Source: Octopus vulgaris (taxonomy: Eukaryota). Taken from it: a stretch of DNA of 64,000 nucleotides. The notes under the pieces were generated by a model that made no database searches, had not been told where the DNA came from, and saw only the letters and a program-made list of their open reading frames with translations. The stretch lies in contig OX597828.1 in the NCBI GenBank assembly GCA_951406725.2, positions 27,218,001 to 27,282,000 on the forward strand, written 5' to 3'. This document shows positions 13,543-25,311 of this stretch, in pieces. The position numbers and the translations under genes were made by a program. Positions within the stretch are counted from its first letter, which is position 1, and each line of letters begins with the position of its first letter.

Positions 13543-13983
13543 ATCCAATGAAAAGAAGACAAAGAAAATTCTTTAATACATTTTTAATTATAAGTTACAA
13601 ATGTTTCCATACCATCTCCATTTGCAATGCCAGTTTACACAAGCATTCTAAATGAAAAATCATGTAATATTTGCAGTTTTAGACATTGGAGAGGGATATC
13701 CCCAGACTTGTATCAAAGATCCTTACCAACTCATCCCGCTTTTCATTTCCTCTAGATATTTTCCTAGCAACAAGGTCTGACAGGCACACAATGTAACAGC
13801 ACACCTTTGATGCAAGTCTAATGAAGTGCCTCTCCAATGCCTAAAACTGCAAATATTATGTCGTTTTTCTTTTAGAATTTTCAGGTAAACTGGCGTTGCG
13901 ACTGCAGAAGCTACAGAAACATTTGTAACTTATAATTAAAGATGTGTTAAAGAATTTTCTTTGTCTCCTTCTTTTCATTGGAT
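13543..13983. mobile_element. Long imperfect inverted-repeat (foldback/MITE-like) element
   Basis: Arms ~13543-13718 (atccaatgaaaagaagacaaagaaaattctttaa...) and ~13806-13983 (...ttaaagaattttctttgtctccttcttttcattggat). Confidence 0.75.
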
Positions 13984-14295
13984 ATATATATATATATATT
14001 TAAATAAAAAAAAATTTTTTTAATTTAAAAATTTTAGAAATTATTAATTTAAATTTTAAAAATATTTTTATATAATTAATAATATAAATTAATAATTTTA
14101 AATTTAAATAATTTAAATTTTTAATTTTATATTTTTTATATATTTTGTATATTATATTAATTATTTTTATTTTTATGTTTGGTTTTCACTGTTTGATTTG
14201 CCTAATAGTGATTTTATCTCTAATTTAATTTATATACATATATATAAAGATATACCTTTATATTTATATATATGTGTGTGTTTATGTTTGTGTGT

Positions 14296-14334
<39 letters not shown>

Positions 14335-14344
14335 TATAAAGATA

Positions 14345-14765
14345 TATCTTTTACCTTTTACTTGTTTCAGTCATTGGACTGAAACCATGCTGGAGCAACA
14401 CCTTGAACAATTTTTAATCAAATGAATCAACCCCAGAACTTTTTTTTTGTTTTAATACTGCTATTTATTCTATTAGTTTGTTTTGTTGAACTGCTAAGTT
14501 ATGGGGATGTAAACACACCAACACTGGTTGGCAGGCAATGGTGAGCGACAAACACTGACACAAAGATACACACACACACATATAGATATTAATACATACA
14601 GATACATACTCTTCAGTTTGTATCTTCCAAATTCACTGACAAGGATTTGGTCAGAACAAGGCTATAGTAGAAGACATTTGTCCAAGGTTCCTCGCAGTGG
14701 GACTGAACCCAGAACCATGTGGTTGGGAGGCAAACTTCTTACCACACAGCCACGACTGCACCTGG
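14345..14765 (-). mobile_element. Family B SINE, near full length
   Basis: Tail cttttacttgtttcagtcattggactg...; head ...cttcttaccacacagccacg. Confidence 0.8.
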
Positions 14766-16272
14766 AGCACTGAGAGGCAAAATTAACCTTGGCAGGATTC
14801 GAACATAGCTCATACAGGGACGTAACTCCATATCAAAAAGAACTTAGTCTGGTGCTCTGTTATTACTTCCAACCATGACCACCACCACCACCACTACTAA
14901 CACCTCCACCACCACTTCTGCCACCACCACCACTACTAACACCTCCACCACCACTTCTGCCACCACCATCACTACTACTACCGACACCACCACCACCACC
15001 ACCGCCGCCACCCCTGCAACTACCTTCGCAACCATCATTTTCTGTTTTGTTCCATTATAAATCTAATACCAAGAATATCAGGAATGAGAAAAATTTCCTG
15101 ACTCCAATGAGACTTACTGATGCCATCATCATCATCATCATCATCATCATGAGCAGCAGCAACTACAACAGTGGTGTGCATCACATCGCATCATTATATT
15201 GATCTGACTCGGTAACTACGTCACCCTTGTACAGTTCAGCAGAGATATTGTTGCTCCGGTTTGTTGTGATTACTTTTGTTGTTGTTGTGATAGTTGCTCT
15301 GCCTGTTGTTGTTTTTGTTGTTGCAGCCATTGTTTTGTGGGTAACTGTGATGAACATTTTTCTCATTCCCACCAGATGTTTATTATTTTTCACTCCCCTC
15401 TTCTCAATGTTATTTTCATTCCTGACTTTTCCAATCAAAAAAAAAGAAAAAAGAAAGAAAGTAAAAAGCTCCTTGTTTCATTTCTCTTCTTCTTCCCTTC
15501 TTGCCCCTCCACACCACCACCACCACCACCACCACCACTTCATCTAATCTGCAGCTTTTAAATAGAGAGGGCCCTCAATGATGATCTATAATATGCTTTG
15601 ACCCAAACAAGTTTTTTTTTCTCTCACCTTTTTGTTGACCTTTTTGTTGTTGGTCCCTTGTTTGTTAAAAGCCCCCCCCCCCCCCGATGCTTCATTTTAA
15701 CAGGAGATGTGGTTATTGTTTTAACACATGCTTGTGTGTGTGTGTGTGTGTGTCTAGTTTTCTGCTGTGATGTATTCAAATACCATCTTATTGTCAAACC
15801 CTTCCTTCCTGCCTGCTTCAATTCTCTCCCCTGCACACACACACACACGCACCTACCTGGCCCTGGCCCTGTCCTACTGTGCTGTGGCCTGTTAAGAGAA
15901 AGATGCTATTGCTGAGCCACTAAAACTGACCAATCAGCCGTGACGATGTATGTGATATTTTATGAGGTTAATACATGGACATTACAGGTGACAAGTATTA
16001 ATAATGAGAGAGAGAGAGAGAGGCAGGGGGGAGGTGTACGGTGGGTCTGAGAGTGGGAGGTAGGTTTGATAAGGGGTTTGAAACATGGGGGGGAAAGAGC
16101 GGGAGGGGAGAAGAAAATGATGGTGGTGGTGGTGGAAAAGATTCTGTTTATATTTTTCCATTCCTCACAACTGTCAAGCATTGGTTGGAGTGAAAAATTT
16201 GTTCTGGCTGAGTCAATTGATTGATTGATTGGCATTATATATACATACATACATATATATATATATACATAC

Positions 16273-16307
<35 letters not shown>

Positions 16308-16312
16308 CATAC

Positions 16313-16349
<37 letters not shown>

Positions 16350-16370
16350 CATACATGTATATATATATAT

Positions 16371-16409
<39 letters not shown>

Positions 16410-16632
16410 TATACATATATATATACATACATATATATATATATATATATAAATGTATGTATATATACATACATAAATATATATACATACATACACACTT
16501 ACATATAGGTATACACATTCACACCCACATATCTATATGTATGTCTGTTATATATCTATATATGCATACACAAGCATACACATTTATACACATGCAGGCA
16601 TGTGTGTGTGTGTTTATATATATATATGTGTA

Positions 16633-16674
<42 letters not shown>

Positions 16675-17282
16675 TTTTATTTAAATACTTGTTTGTTATT
16701 ATTGTTATCATTATTGAGGTTCTTAGCATTGTTATTATTTCAATTGTCATCATTATCATCCTCCTCATCGTTGTTATTATTACCATCATTATTATTGTTG
16801 TTGTTGTTATCCAAGAAAACTATTCTGAATATTAATTTCTTTTTTGTTGTTAGTTGCTCATTTTCTTGAACTTATGACATTATTTTCTCTTCCTTTTTGT
16901 TTGTTTGTCCATTTTCAAAATTTTGCTCCAAGAAAGAAATAAAAGAAGAGAAACTTGCTATCTGGGAGGGGGGGGCTTTTCCCCCCACCCTTCCTTTCTG
17001 TTATTTTTTATTGTTTTACTCTTCTAGTTCTTTCAGTCCTCAGACTGTAACCATGCTGGAGCATTGTCTTTTAAGGCTAGTCAAACAAATCAATGCCGGG
17101 GCTTATTTTAGGTCTAGTATTAATTTTTTATTCTCTTTTGCCAAACTGCTAAGTTAACAAGATATAAACAAACCAACACTACTTCTGAAGCTGCGTGGGA
17201 CAAAAACACATATACACAAACGTGTGTGTGTATGTGTGTATTCAAATATGGATTAAAAGCAGCTGGAAGGATATAAACACTA

Positions 17283-17330
<48 letters not shown>

Positions 17331-17410
17331 GGTATGCATTTTGTTAGTTTGTGGGTAGGCATAAAAGACTATATTCTCATCAATTCACCTGGCATTAAAA
17401 CTCCAGGAAG

Positions 17411-17544
17411 TCATAGACAAGCAAGATAACTTGCATCTGGTCCCATTCTGGAGCAGTAGACATTAATTTTTCGTCATTTTATGTGATTTGTCAATACTGC
17501 ATGCCCAAAATGAGGCCAGATGCAAGCTAAATTGCTGTCTATGA
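17411..17544. mobile_element. Small MITE-like inverted repeat
   Basis: tcatagacaagcaa...cttgcatctgg / ccagatgcaag...ttgctgtctatga. Confidence 0.6.
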
Positions 17545-17764
17545 TTATATGCAAAATATCCTCCTTCCCTTCCTGAAATTCCAAGGAGAATTTGTTTCTC
17601 TCGGAGTATAATACAGGAAATCCAAGAATAGAAGTGATGATGTTACGCTTATTCCTTCTATCTATCTATCCGCTCAGTTGAAGTCGACTCTCGGTTACTC
17701 ATTGAATCAGTGTCCTCCAGTCAGTTCTATCCTGGGCCGCTTCTCTCAGATTTTTTTTTTTTTT

Positions 17765-17958
17765 AACACACAGAGGGGACAAACGGATTAAATCGATTAT
17801 ATCGACCCCAGTGTGTAACAGGTACTTATTTAATCGACCCCGAAAGGATGAAAGGCAAAGTTTACCTCGGCGGAATTCGAACTCAGGACGTATCGACAGA
17901 CGAAATACCGCTGGGCATTTCGCCCGGTGCGCTAACGTTTCTGCCAGCCCGCCGCCTT
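17765..17958 (-). mobile_element. Family A SINE
   Basis: Reverse complement of ggcgg.g.gctggcagaaacgttagc...ctttgcctttcatcctttcggggtcgat... Confidence 0.85.
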
Positions 17959-18419
17959 TTATTCCTTCATTAGGTTAATTTAAACAACAAAGGGTACAGA
18001 CACCTCATTTATATAAATAATGGTTATGTAATATTACACCATTTATCGTGTGATCCGTGCTCACCTTGAGTTTACTATGTGTAAATAATATGTGTGTGTG
18101 TGTATCACTAAACAAGAAGCATGTGATAATATCTATGTGTTGTCATTGGAAGCAACTGGGGTCACTGAAATCAGCCAGCCTGTTCCCCCAGATTTTCAGG
18201 CCTTGAGCCCTTAGAAGAGAAGATATATACTTATATACAATCATATGTATATATATGTACATACATACACTGCTGGACAAAATCTTGAGACCAGTGAAAA
18301 AACTGCTGAAATGAACTCCTTGCAGACCCATATCTTTGGCTATTTTTCGTTGTGGATTCATTTTTGGCAAAAAGAAAAAAAAATATATGCAAGCCTAAAG
18401 ATATGTTTAATATTTAACG

Positions 18420-18790
18420 TTTTGCACAGACATTGCTGTGTGGTAAGAAGCTTGCTTCCTAACCACATGATTCTGTGTTCAGTCTCACTGCATGGCACCT
18501 TGAGTATGTGTCTTGTACTATATAGCCTCAGGCTAACCAAAAGCTTATAAGTGGATTTGGTAGACGGAAACTGAAAGAGCATTTGTGTGTCTCTAATTGT
18601 CTTCCTAGCGTTGCTTGACAACCAATGTTGGTGCATTTACGTCACCATAACTTAGTGGTTACGCAAAAGAGACCAATAGAATAAGTACTAAGCTTAGAAA
18701 GAATAAGCCCTTAGGTCAATTTGTTTGACTAAAGGCAGTGCTCCAGCATGGCCACAGTTAAATTACTGAAGCAAGTAAAAGAAAAGAATA
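18420..18790 (+). mobile_element. Family B SINE
   Basis: gctgtgtggtaagaagcttgcttcctaaccacatg...ctccagcatggccacagt...aagtaaaagaaaaga. Confidence 0.8.
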
Positions 18791-19297
18791 AAAAAATTTA
18801 ATCCAGAAAATACGCATTGCATAAAAATGAACCATATTTTGCCAGGTCAAAAGCTTAAGACCATGACAAATAAAAGAAAAAAAATGAATAAATTCTAAAC
18901 AAGGGAGCTCAATAGTTAGTAGCCCCACCATTCTTGCAAATAACTGCAAAAATTTGCATAATCGTCACAAGTTTTTGCAGGAGGTTGTCTGGGGTGTTAT
19001 GCCATGAGGTGAAGACTGCCTTGCAAAGAATATCCATGATCTCAAATTGTGTTCCATTTCTGTAAATGACTATTGGCATCTACCCCTAAAGATTTTCAAT
19101 GGAATTCAAGTCAGGAGAACATGGGGGATGATTCAAACGATGAACGTTATTGGTTCTGAAGAAATTCTTTGGTCTATGAGTATTATGGTTTGTGACATTA
19201 TCCTGTTGATAAATCCAGACTTTCCCTCTCAAATGAGGGCCTTCACTCAAGAGTGATGCTCACTCCAACTCGCCAACATAGCCAGCTGCAGTTTGAT

Positions 19298-19805
19298 GCT
19301 GAGTTCCTTTTGAGTGTTGTGCCTCATTGAGGCATAGTGGCTGAGCTCCTTTCGAGCAGGCCTCATGGAGGCAAGGTAGCTGAGTTCCTTTCAAGTGTTG
19401 GGCCTCATTGAGGCATAGTGGCTGAGTTCCTTTCAAGCAGACCTCTTGGAGGCAAGGTAGCTGAGTTCCTTTCGAGTGTTGGGCCTCATTGAGGCATAGT
19501 GGCTAAGTTCCTTTCACATGCTAGGCCTCACAGGTGCAATGACCAAGACCTTTGGCATTATGTTGGGCTTGAGAAGAAGACCCATCAAGCCGAGCAAAAT
19601 TGCAGTTGTCGCAGATACTAATGTCATGCAAATGGCACCCATTACACTTTCAGAGTGGTTGGTGTTAAGGAGGGCATCGAGCCATAGAAAATAATGCCAA
19701 ATCAGACTGGAGCCTGGTGCAGGCTTCCTGTGGGCCTGTCTAGTTAGACCATTCAACCCATGCCAGCATGGACAATAGACGTTACATGATGATGTTGATG
19801 ATGAT
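19298..19805 (+). repeat. Higher-order (42+39 bp) hairpin minisatellite followed by a family D 3' end
   Basis: Units start at 19298, 19340, 19379, 19421, 19460 and 19502 (gctgagttcctttc...gcctcattgaggc). They are followed by ggttggtgttaaggagggcatc...ccatgccagcatgg...(gat)n. Confidence 0.85.
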
Positions 19806-20599
19806 GTGTATATATATATGTGTGTATAGTGGTGGTCTACTCTTTATACAGAACTTGACCACCACCTGTACCTACACTTCAGAACCATCATGGCATCTGA
19901 TGTGGCTTTTTAAGCCTGACTATGTTTTGAAAAGACACATAAATTGCATATCTGATTTGGACCACCAAGAACTGTAGTTTATTTTAAAAGCAAAATATAC
20001 TTATCTTAGCTTCAATGATAAAAGAAAGCATGAAGAATTTTATAGTTTCGGTCCCATGCAACAAAAATTTGTATCAAAAGAAGTTGAGGTAAAATATCAT
20101 GAAAAAATATAAGACAAAAACTTGAATTTAAGTATTATTAACTTTTTTAATTTTAAAAACAAACTATATTTCAATTAAGCTTTAATGATTGAGCTGAATT
20201 CGAGGAATTTCATGGCATCAGTCTCATGCAATGAAGTTTTTAAAGAAAAAAAAGTTATGAGTGTTTGTTTCTCAAAGTTGTAGGTGATAATATGGTTCTA
20301 TACACTTTTATGAATATAGTTCTATACGGGGACTTTTAATATATGCCAACAGTGTTTGTTGATGGAAGGGAAAAATTATCAACGACACCGCTAATTGACA
20401 CATTATTAATTAGCAGTTAAGCATAGCCTGGAAAAAACATGGATTACATGGGAAAAATGTAAGCAAGAAAAATAATATTCTTGAGATTATGAACCTGAAA
20501 AATTACAGGACAAGTAATTACACTTAGATGCAATGTTTTCAGTAAAAATTTCTTGTTCTGTACTTGTTCTGTTATAACACCTGTGTTTGACTCCATTTC

Positions 20600-20646
<47 letters not shown>

Positions 20647-20652
20647 TTTCTT

Positions 20653-21133
20653 ATAAAAAATTAGAAAAAAAAACCTTTTATCAATTCAAAATGAACAATT
20701 AAATTGCACCATCCAGGAAATTACATATAATAGAAATATTAACATTAGAATAACAATAAAATGTCAAAGATTAAGTAAATTGCCAAAAAAAAAAAATAAT
20801 AATAACTTATATAAATTGTATATATATTAATAATTATATATTATTTCTTAAATATAGCCACGAAACGTGTCGTTATTCTACCAATTATATACATTTTATT
20901 TTTTTTTTTGCAGTTTACTTAATCATCGGTATTTTATTGTTATTTTAATTTTAATATTTCTAATGTGTTATTTTCTAGATGGTGTAATTTAATCGTTCAT
21001 TTTGAATTGATAAAAGGTGGTTTTTTTCTAATTTTTATATATATATTATATTGTGTGAAATTTGATTTAGTTTTTTTAGATTGAATTTTTTTCCCCTGTA
21101 AGATACGATTAATATTCCCTCAAATAATTATTA
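20653..21133. repeat. Second fold-back copy of the PLE-terminus-like family, with a half hammerhead in the spacer
   Basis: Arms ~20653-20797 and 20895-21038. The spacer contains GAAAcgtgTC (20862-20871). The 3' extension resembles the reverse complement of 56662-56745. Confidence 0.75.
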
Positions 21134-21508
21134 CATATATATAAAACTGAGAATGTGTGTCTGGCTGTCTGTCTGTCTCCCTAAAACTTGAGAACTACAC
21201 AACCAATTTCATTCAAAATTTATACATGCCTTACTTAGGGTCCATGTAGTTTCATGGGCAAAAAAAAATGTTCAACTTCTTGCCTAGGGCGAGCCCATAG
21301 CAATATCATATCTTCTCCATAATCGACTTAATCCCTTTGTTTGTCCCCTCTGTGTTTAGCCCCTTGTGGGTAGTAAAGAAATAAATATCATATCTTCTCC
21401 ACTATTTGTATTTTATGTGTAGATGTATATATATAGATGTACATGTAATATGTACACATACATACATGCACTAGCACTATGACCCAGCAACACCGGGTCA
21501 TAATGCTA

Positions 21509-21509
<1 letters not shown>
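21134..21509 (+). mobile_element. Non-autonomous Helitron-like element
   Basis: 5' tatatataaaactgagaatgtgtgtctg...; 3' hairpin ctagcactatgaccc/gggtcataatgctag ending CTAG-T. Confidence 0.65.
21320..21383 (+). mobile_element. 5'-truncated family A SINE tail with 18-bp TSD
   Basis: aatatcatatcttctcca occurs at 21302-21319 and 21384-21401, flanking aatcgacttaatccc...gtagtaaagaaata. Confidence 0.9.
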
Positions 21510-21542
<33 letters not shown>

Positions 21543-22051
21543 GCTCATTCATACTGCATGGTACCTTGATCATGTGTCTTTTATAGACTTTGGCTGACCA
21601 AAGCCTTGTGAGTAAATTTGGTTGAGAGAAACTGAAAGAAACCCATTGTGCGTGTGTTTCTGTGGGGAATTGCTTTTTTATTTCTCTTGACTTCACTTGT
21701 GGTTTGCTTGATGGTTTGTAAACAATGGCTTTGCAAAGCGTGTCATTTGCTTACCGTTCTAGATGAAAGCACGAGCAAGCTGCTTGACACAACTTGACAT
21801 ATTGTGCAATGTTTGTAAATAATAAAAAAAATCTCCATTCTGTGTTGTTTGTTGTCAGTCCGCCACGTAAACATATCCAGGTTGTTTGTTGTTCACTAGA
21901 CTGGGAAATTATTACCTCATTTGGAAGCAGGTCAGCGTCTGCATCAGGAAGGTCATCTGGCCATAGAAAACTAATAAAGTCTTATCTGACCCATGCAAAC
22001 ATGGAAAAGTAGATGCTAAGTGATGATGATGATATATACATATAAAAATTT

Positions 22052-22086
<35 letters not shown>

Positions 22087-22093
22087 ATGTATG

Positions 22094-22132
<39 letters not shown>

Positions 22133-22184
22133 TTACAATTCAGGCATATAAGTATTTGTACAAATATATATATATATATATATT

Positions 22185-22234
<50 letters not shown>

Positions 22235-23686
22235 TATATATATGTATGTGTGTGTGTGCTTGTGTATGCATAATATATATTGATGTATGAATGAATACAG
22301 TATGAATATTTTTTTTTTATTCACGCTATAAGAAAACACGACTGATTGAATGTGCTCTTTAAGTTTATTGTTATTTTTCAGCTTGTGTGTGTGCGTGCAT
22401 ACATGCATGTGTATGTGTGTGTACATATATATATATGTGTGTGTGCATACATGAATTCAATAATAGATAAACTATTTTCAAACTATGTGGTTTATATATA
22501 TATATATATATATGTATATGCACAGACAAGGTACTTCTCATAGGAAGTTATTATAAATAATTACTTGTAAATAAAGCACCTTGAGATTATTAGTAATAAT
22601 AAATTATAATGAGCGATATATTCTTATTCACCCCTCAAAATATCGGAGACCATTTGTAATGGGAAAAGCTGTTTTGTGTTAGAAAGAATAGATCTGTATC
22701 TTATATTCACATATATTTTCATTAGTTTTAGTTCCAAGATTGTGGCCATGCTGGAGTAGTATGGCTACTACCTTCAAGATTTGTTTGTCAGTTATATTGA
22801 TACAAGTACTTAGTTTTGTTTTGATTTTTATCCAGTCCTTATTTTTTTTAATTACTAAGTTAGTCTTTTGGATACAACACTTTTTTTTATGCCAGTAAAA
22901 ACACACTTAAATACCCACATGTTTCTATGTGCAAAATTCTGTTCAGGTGGCATTAGTCAGTCTGGGTTTGTGGTCGGAGATACCTGTTCACGGTGCAATG
23001 GGATCAAACTCCTTACCACTTTGTTGAGAGAATCTGGTTCATTTTAACTCTTATTATGTTAATACATGCAAGCTTCTTCCATTGGCATTTCTGTGATTTT
23101 ATAATGTGCTGGAGCTTAATGACCTGTTATTAATTAAGCTCATAATTATCAAGGATGTTGAGAGAAATCTGGTTTAGATTTAAATAGGCATAAATATAAT
23201 TGAATGTTAAGAAGCTGACTTTGCAACTGCATTGTTTCAGGTTAAATCCCACTGCATCACACCTGGGGCAAATGTCTAGTAGTATAACCCCAGGCTGACC
23301 TGTGCCTTGTGAGTGGATTTGGTAGACAGAAAGTGAGTGAATCCCTCTTGTGTGTGTTTGTCTCCTACCACTACTTGACACCTGGTGTTGTTTTGTTTAC
23401 ATCCCTGTAAGTTAGAGGTTCAGCAAAAGAAATTGATGAAATATGTATCAGCCTTAAAAATAAATATTAGGGCTAATCTGTTTGACCCCTTTCAGGCAGT
23501 GTTCCAACATGGCCACAGTCCAATGACTGATACAAGTTAAAAAAAAAGGAAGATAAAACAAAGATGAAGCCACTGGAACAAAGCCATGGACCCATGTATC
23601 TTCTGAAGTGGAATCCAGCCATTCTCGAATCCTTTTCATTCCAAACTGCATGAGATTAACCCTTTCTGCTTCTTTAATACAGACTT

Positions 23687-24133
23687 CCTTTACGGGACTG
23701 TCACGTTAAGTTGACAGTATACAACCGCTCTATCGTTCCACCACCGCTCATATCTCTCTGAGATATTTAGAAATTTTATATTTCTAATTTTGGTGATCAG
23801 TGAATAAACTTCACTGAAAATATATATGTTTACGAAGGCTTTACAAGCATTTTCCGCTAGCAGGCCAAGCTACACCAGACTGATGATGAGCAAGACTCAG
23901 AAACATGCATGTCTCTGGATGCAGGCCTAACTGTTAGGGGTGCTTATCTCCCCTTCGTAAACATAAGGACACAGGAAATGTGTTAAAGCCGACAGGAAGC
24001 GTCAATGCTTCCTAGGGCTAAATAGCAGTGGTGTGATTCCCTTTATGGGACTGTCACGTTAAGTTGACAGTATACAACAGCTCTATTGTTCCACCACTGC
24101 TCATATCTTTCTGAGATATTTAGAAATTTAATA
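23687..24133 (+). mobile_element. Candidate non-LTR retrozyme: 353-bp hammerhead-containing unit plus partial second copy
   Basis: 23687-~23780 is repeated at 24040-~24133 (period 353). The unit contains an intact HHR and about ten helices, and no meaningful ORF. Confidence 0.75.
23875..23918 (+). ncRNA. Type I hammerhead ribozyme (canonical core)
   Basis: Stem I ccaga/tctgg, core CTGATGA, stem II tgag-caaga-ctca, GAAA, palindromic stem III ACATGCATGT, GUC triplet with predicted cleavage after 23913. Confidence 0.9.
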
Positions 24134-24139
24134 TACTCT

Positions 24140-24541
24140 CTCTTTTACTCTTTTACTTGTTTCAGTCATTTGACTGTGGCCATGCTGGAGCACCGCCTTT
24201 AATTGAGCAACTCGACCCCGGGACTTATTCTTTTGTAAGCCCAGTACTTATTCTATCGGTCTCTTTTGCCGAACCACTAAGTAATGGGGACATAAACACA
24301 CCAGCATCGGTTGTCAATGCTCGGGGGACAAACACAGACACACAAACACACAGACGCATATATATATATACATATATACGACGGGCTTCTTTCAGTTTCT
24401 GTCTACCAAATCCACTCACAAGGCTTTGGTCGGCCCGAGGCTATAGTAGAAGACACTTGCCCAAGGTGCCACGCAGTGGGACTGAACCTGGAACCGTGTG
24501 GTTGGTAAACAAGCTACTTACCACACAGCCACTCCCGCACC
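24140..24541 (-). mobile_element. Family B SINE, full length, young
   Basis: Close reverse complement of 59617-60035, with CpGs largely preserved. Interrupts the second retrozyme repeat. Confidence 0.9.
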
Positions 24542-25311
24542 AATTTCTAATTATTTTAAAACTTTCCATCAAAATTCCACATTAATTTGACCACTTTTTC
24601 CCCATTCTTATCCAATTCTCTAAAACAGCTTTTATGGCTATTCTCCTGTATTCAAGACTTTCTTATTTTACATAATTCCTTACTTTCTTTTTCTTACCTT
24701 TCACTTGTTTCAGTCACAGTTATTGGGGCTGTGGCCAAGCTGGGGTACCACCATAAACAATCTGATACCAGTAGTTTTTTTTTATTACTTTTTATGGTCT
24801 GGTACTTATTCTATTAGGCTTATTTGCTAAATTGCTCAGTCACTGGGATGTAAACAAACAAACACTGGTTGTCAAGCTGTGTGGTGGGGAGAAAAACAGA
24901 CACAGAGAAACACACTCACATATATGTGCATACATGTTTGTGTGTGTGTGTGTGCGTTTGTGCATATATATGCATTTATATTGTAAGCATGTAAAGTGGT
25001 TGGCATTAGGCAGGGCATCCAGCTGTAAAAACCTTTGCAATTGAGACAATGGAGCTTGGCACTGACATCTGGTTGCCAGCTCCTGTCAAACTGCCCAACT
25101 CATGCCAGTATGGAAAACGGACTTTAAATGATGATGATGATAACACACACACACACACATATAAAATCTTAAAATAATGAATCACAAATCTTGTGTATAC
25201 AGTTACCTAGGGTTTCCTGGTCAAAATAATAATTTATTCTGCCATTTATATATATATATATATATATATCTACACACACACACATATATACATATATATA
25301 TATATATATAT

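Noticed and set aside
19298-19545. CRISPR-like periodic array (also 10315-10565)
   Set aside because: Spacers are homologous repeats, there are no cas genes, and the context is a eukaryotic retroposon.
25177-25311. N-terminal 45 aa of the 364-aa ORF
   Set aside because: Flanking DNA and (TA)n read in frame by chance. PLE homology starts at about 25312.
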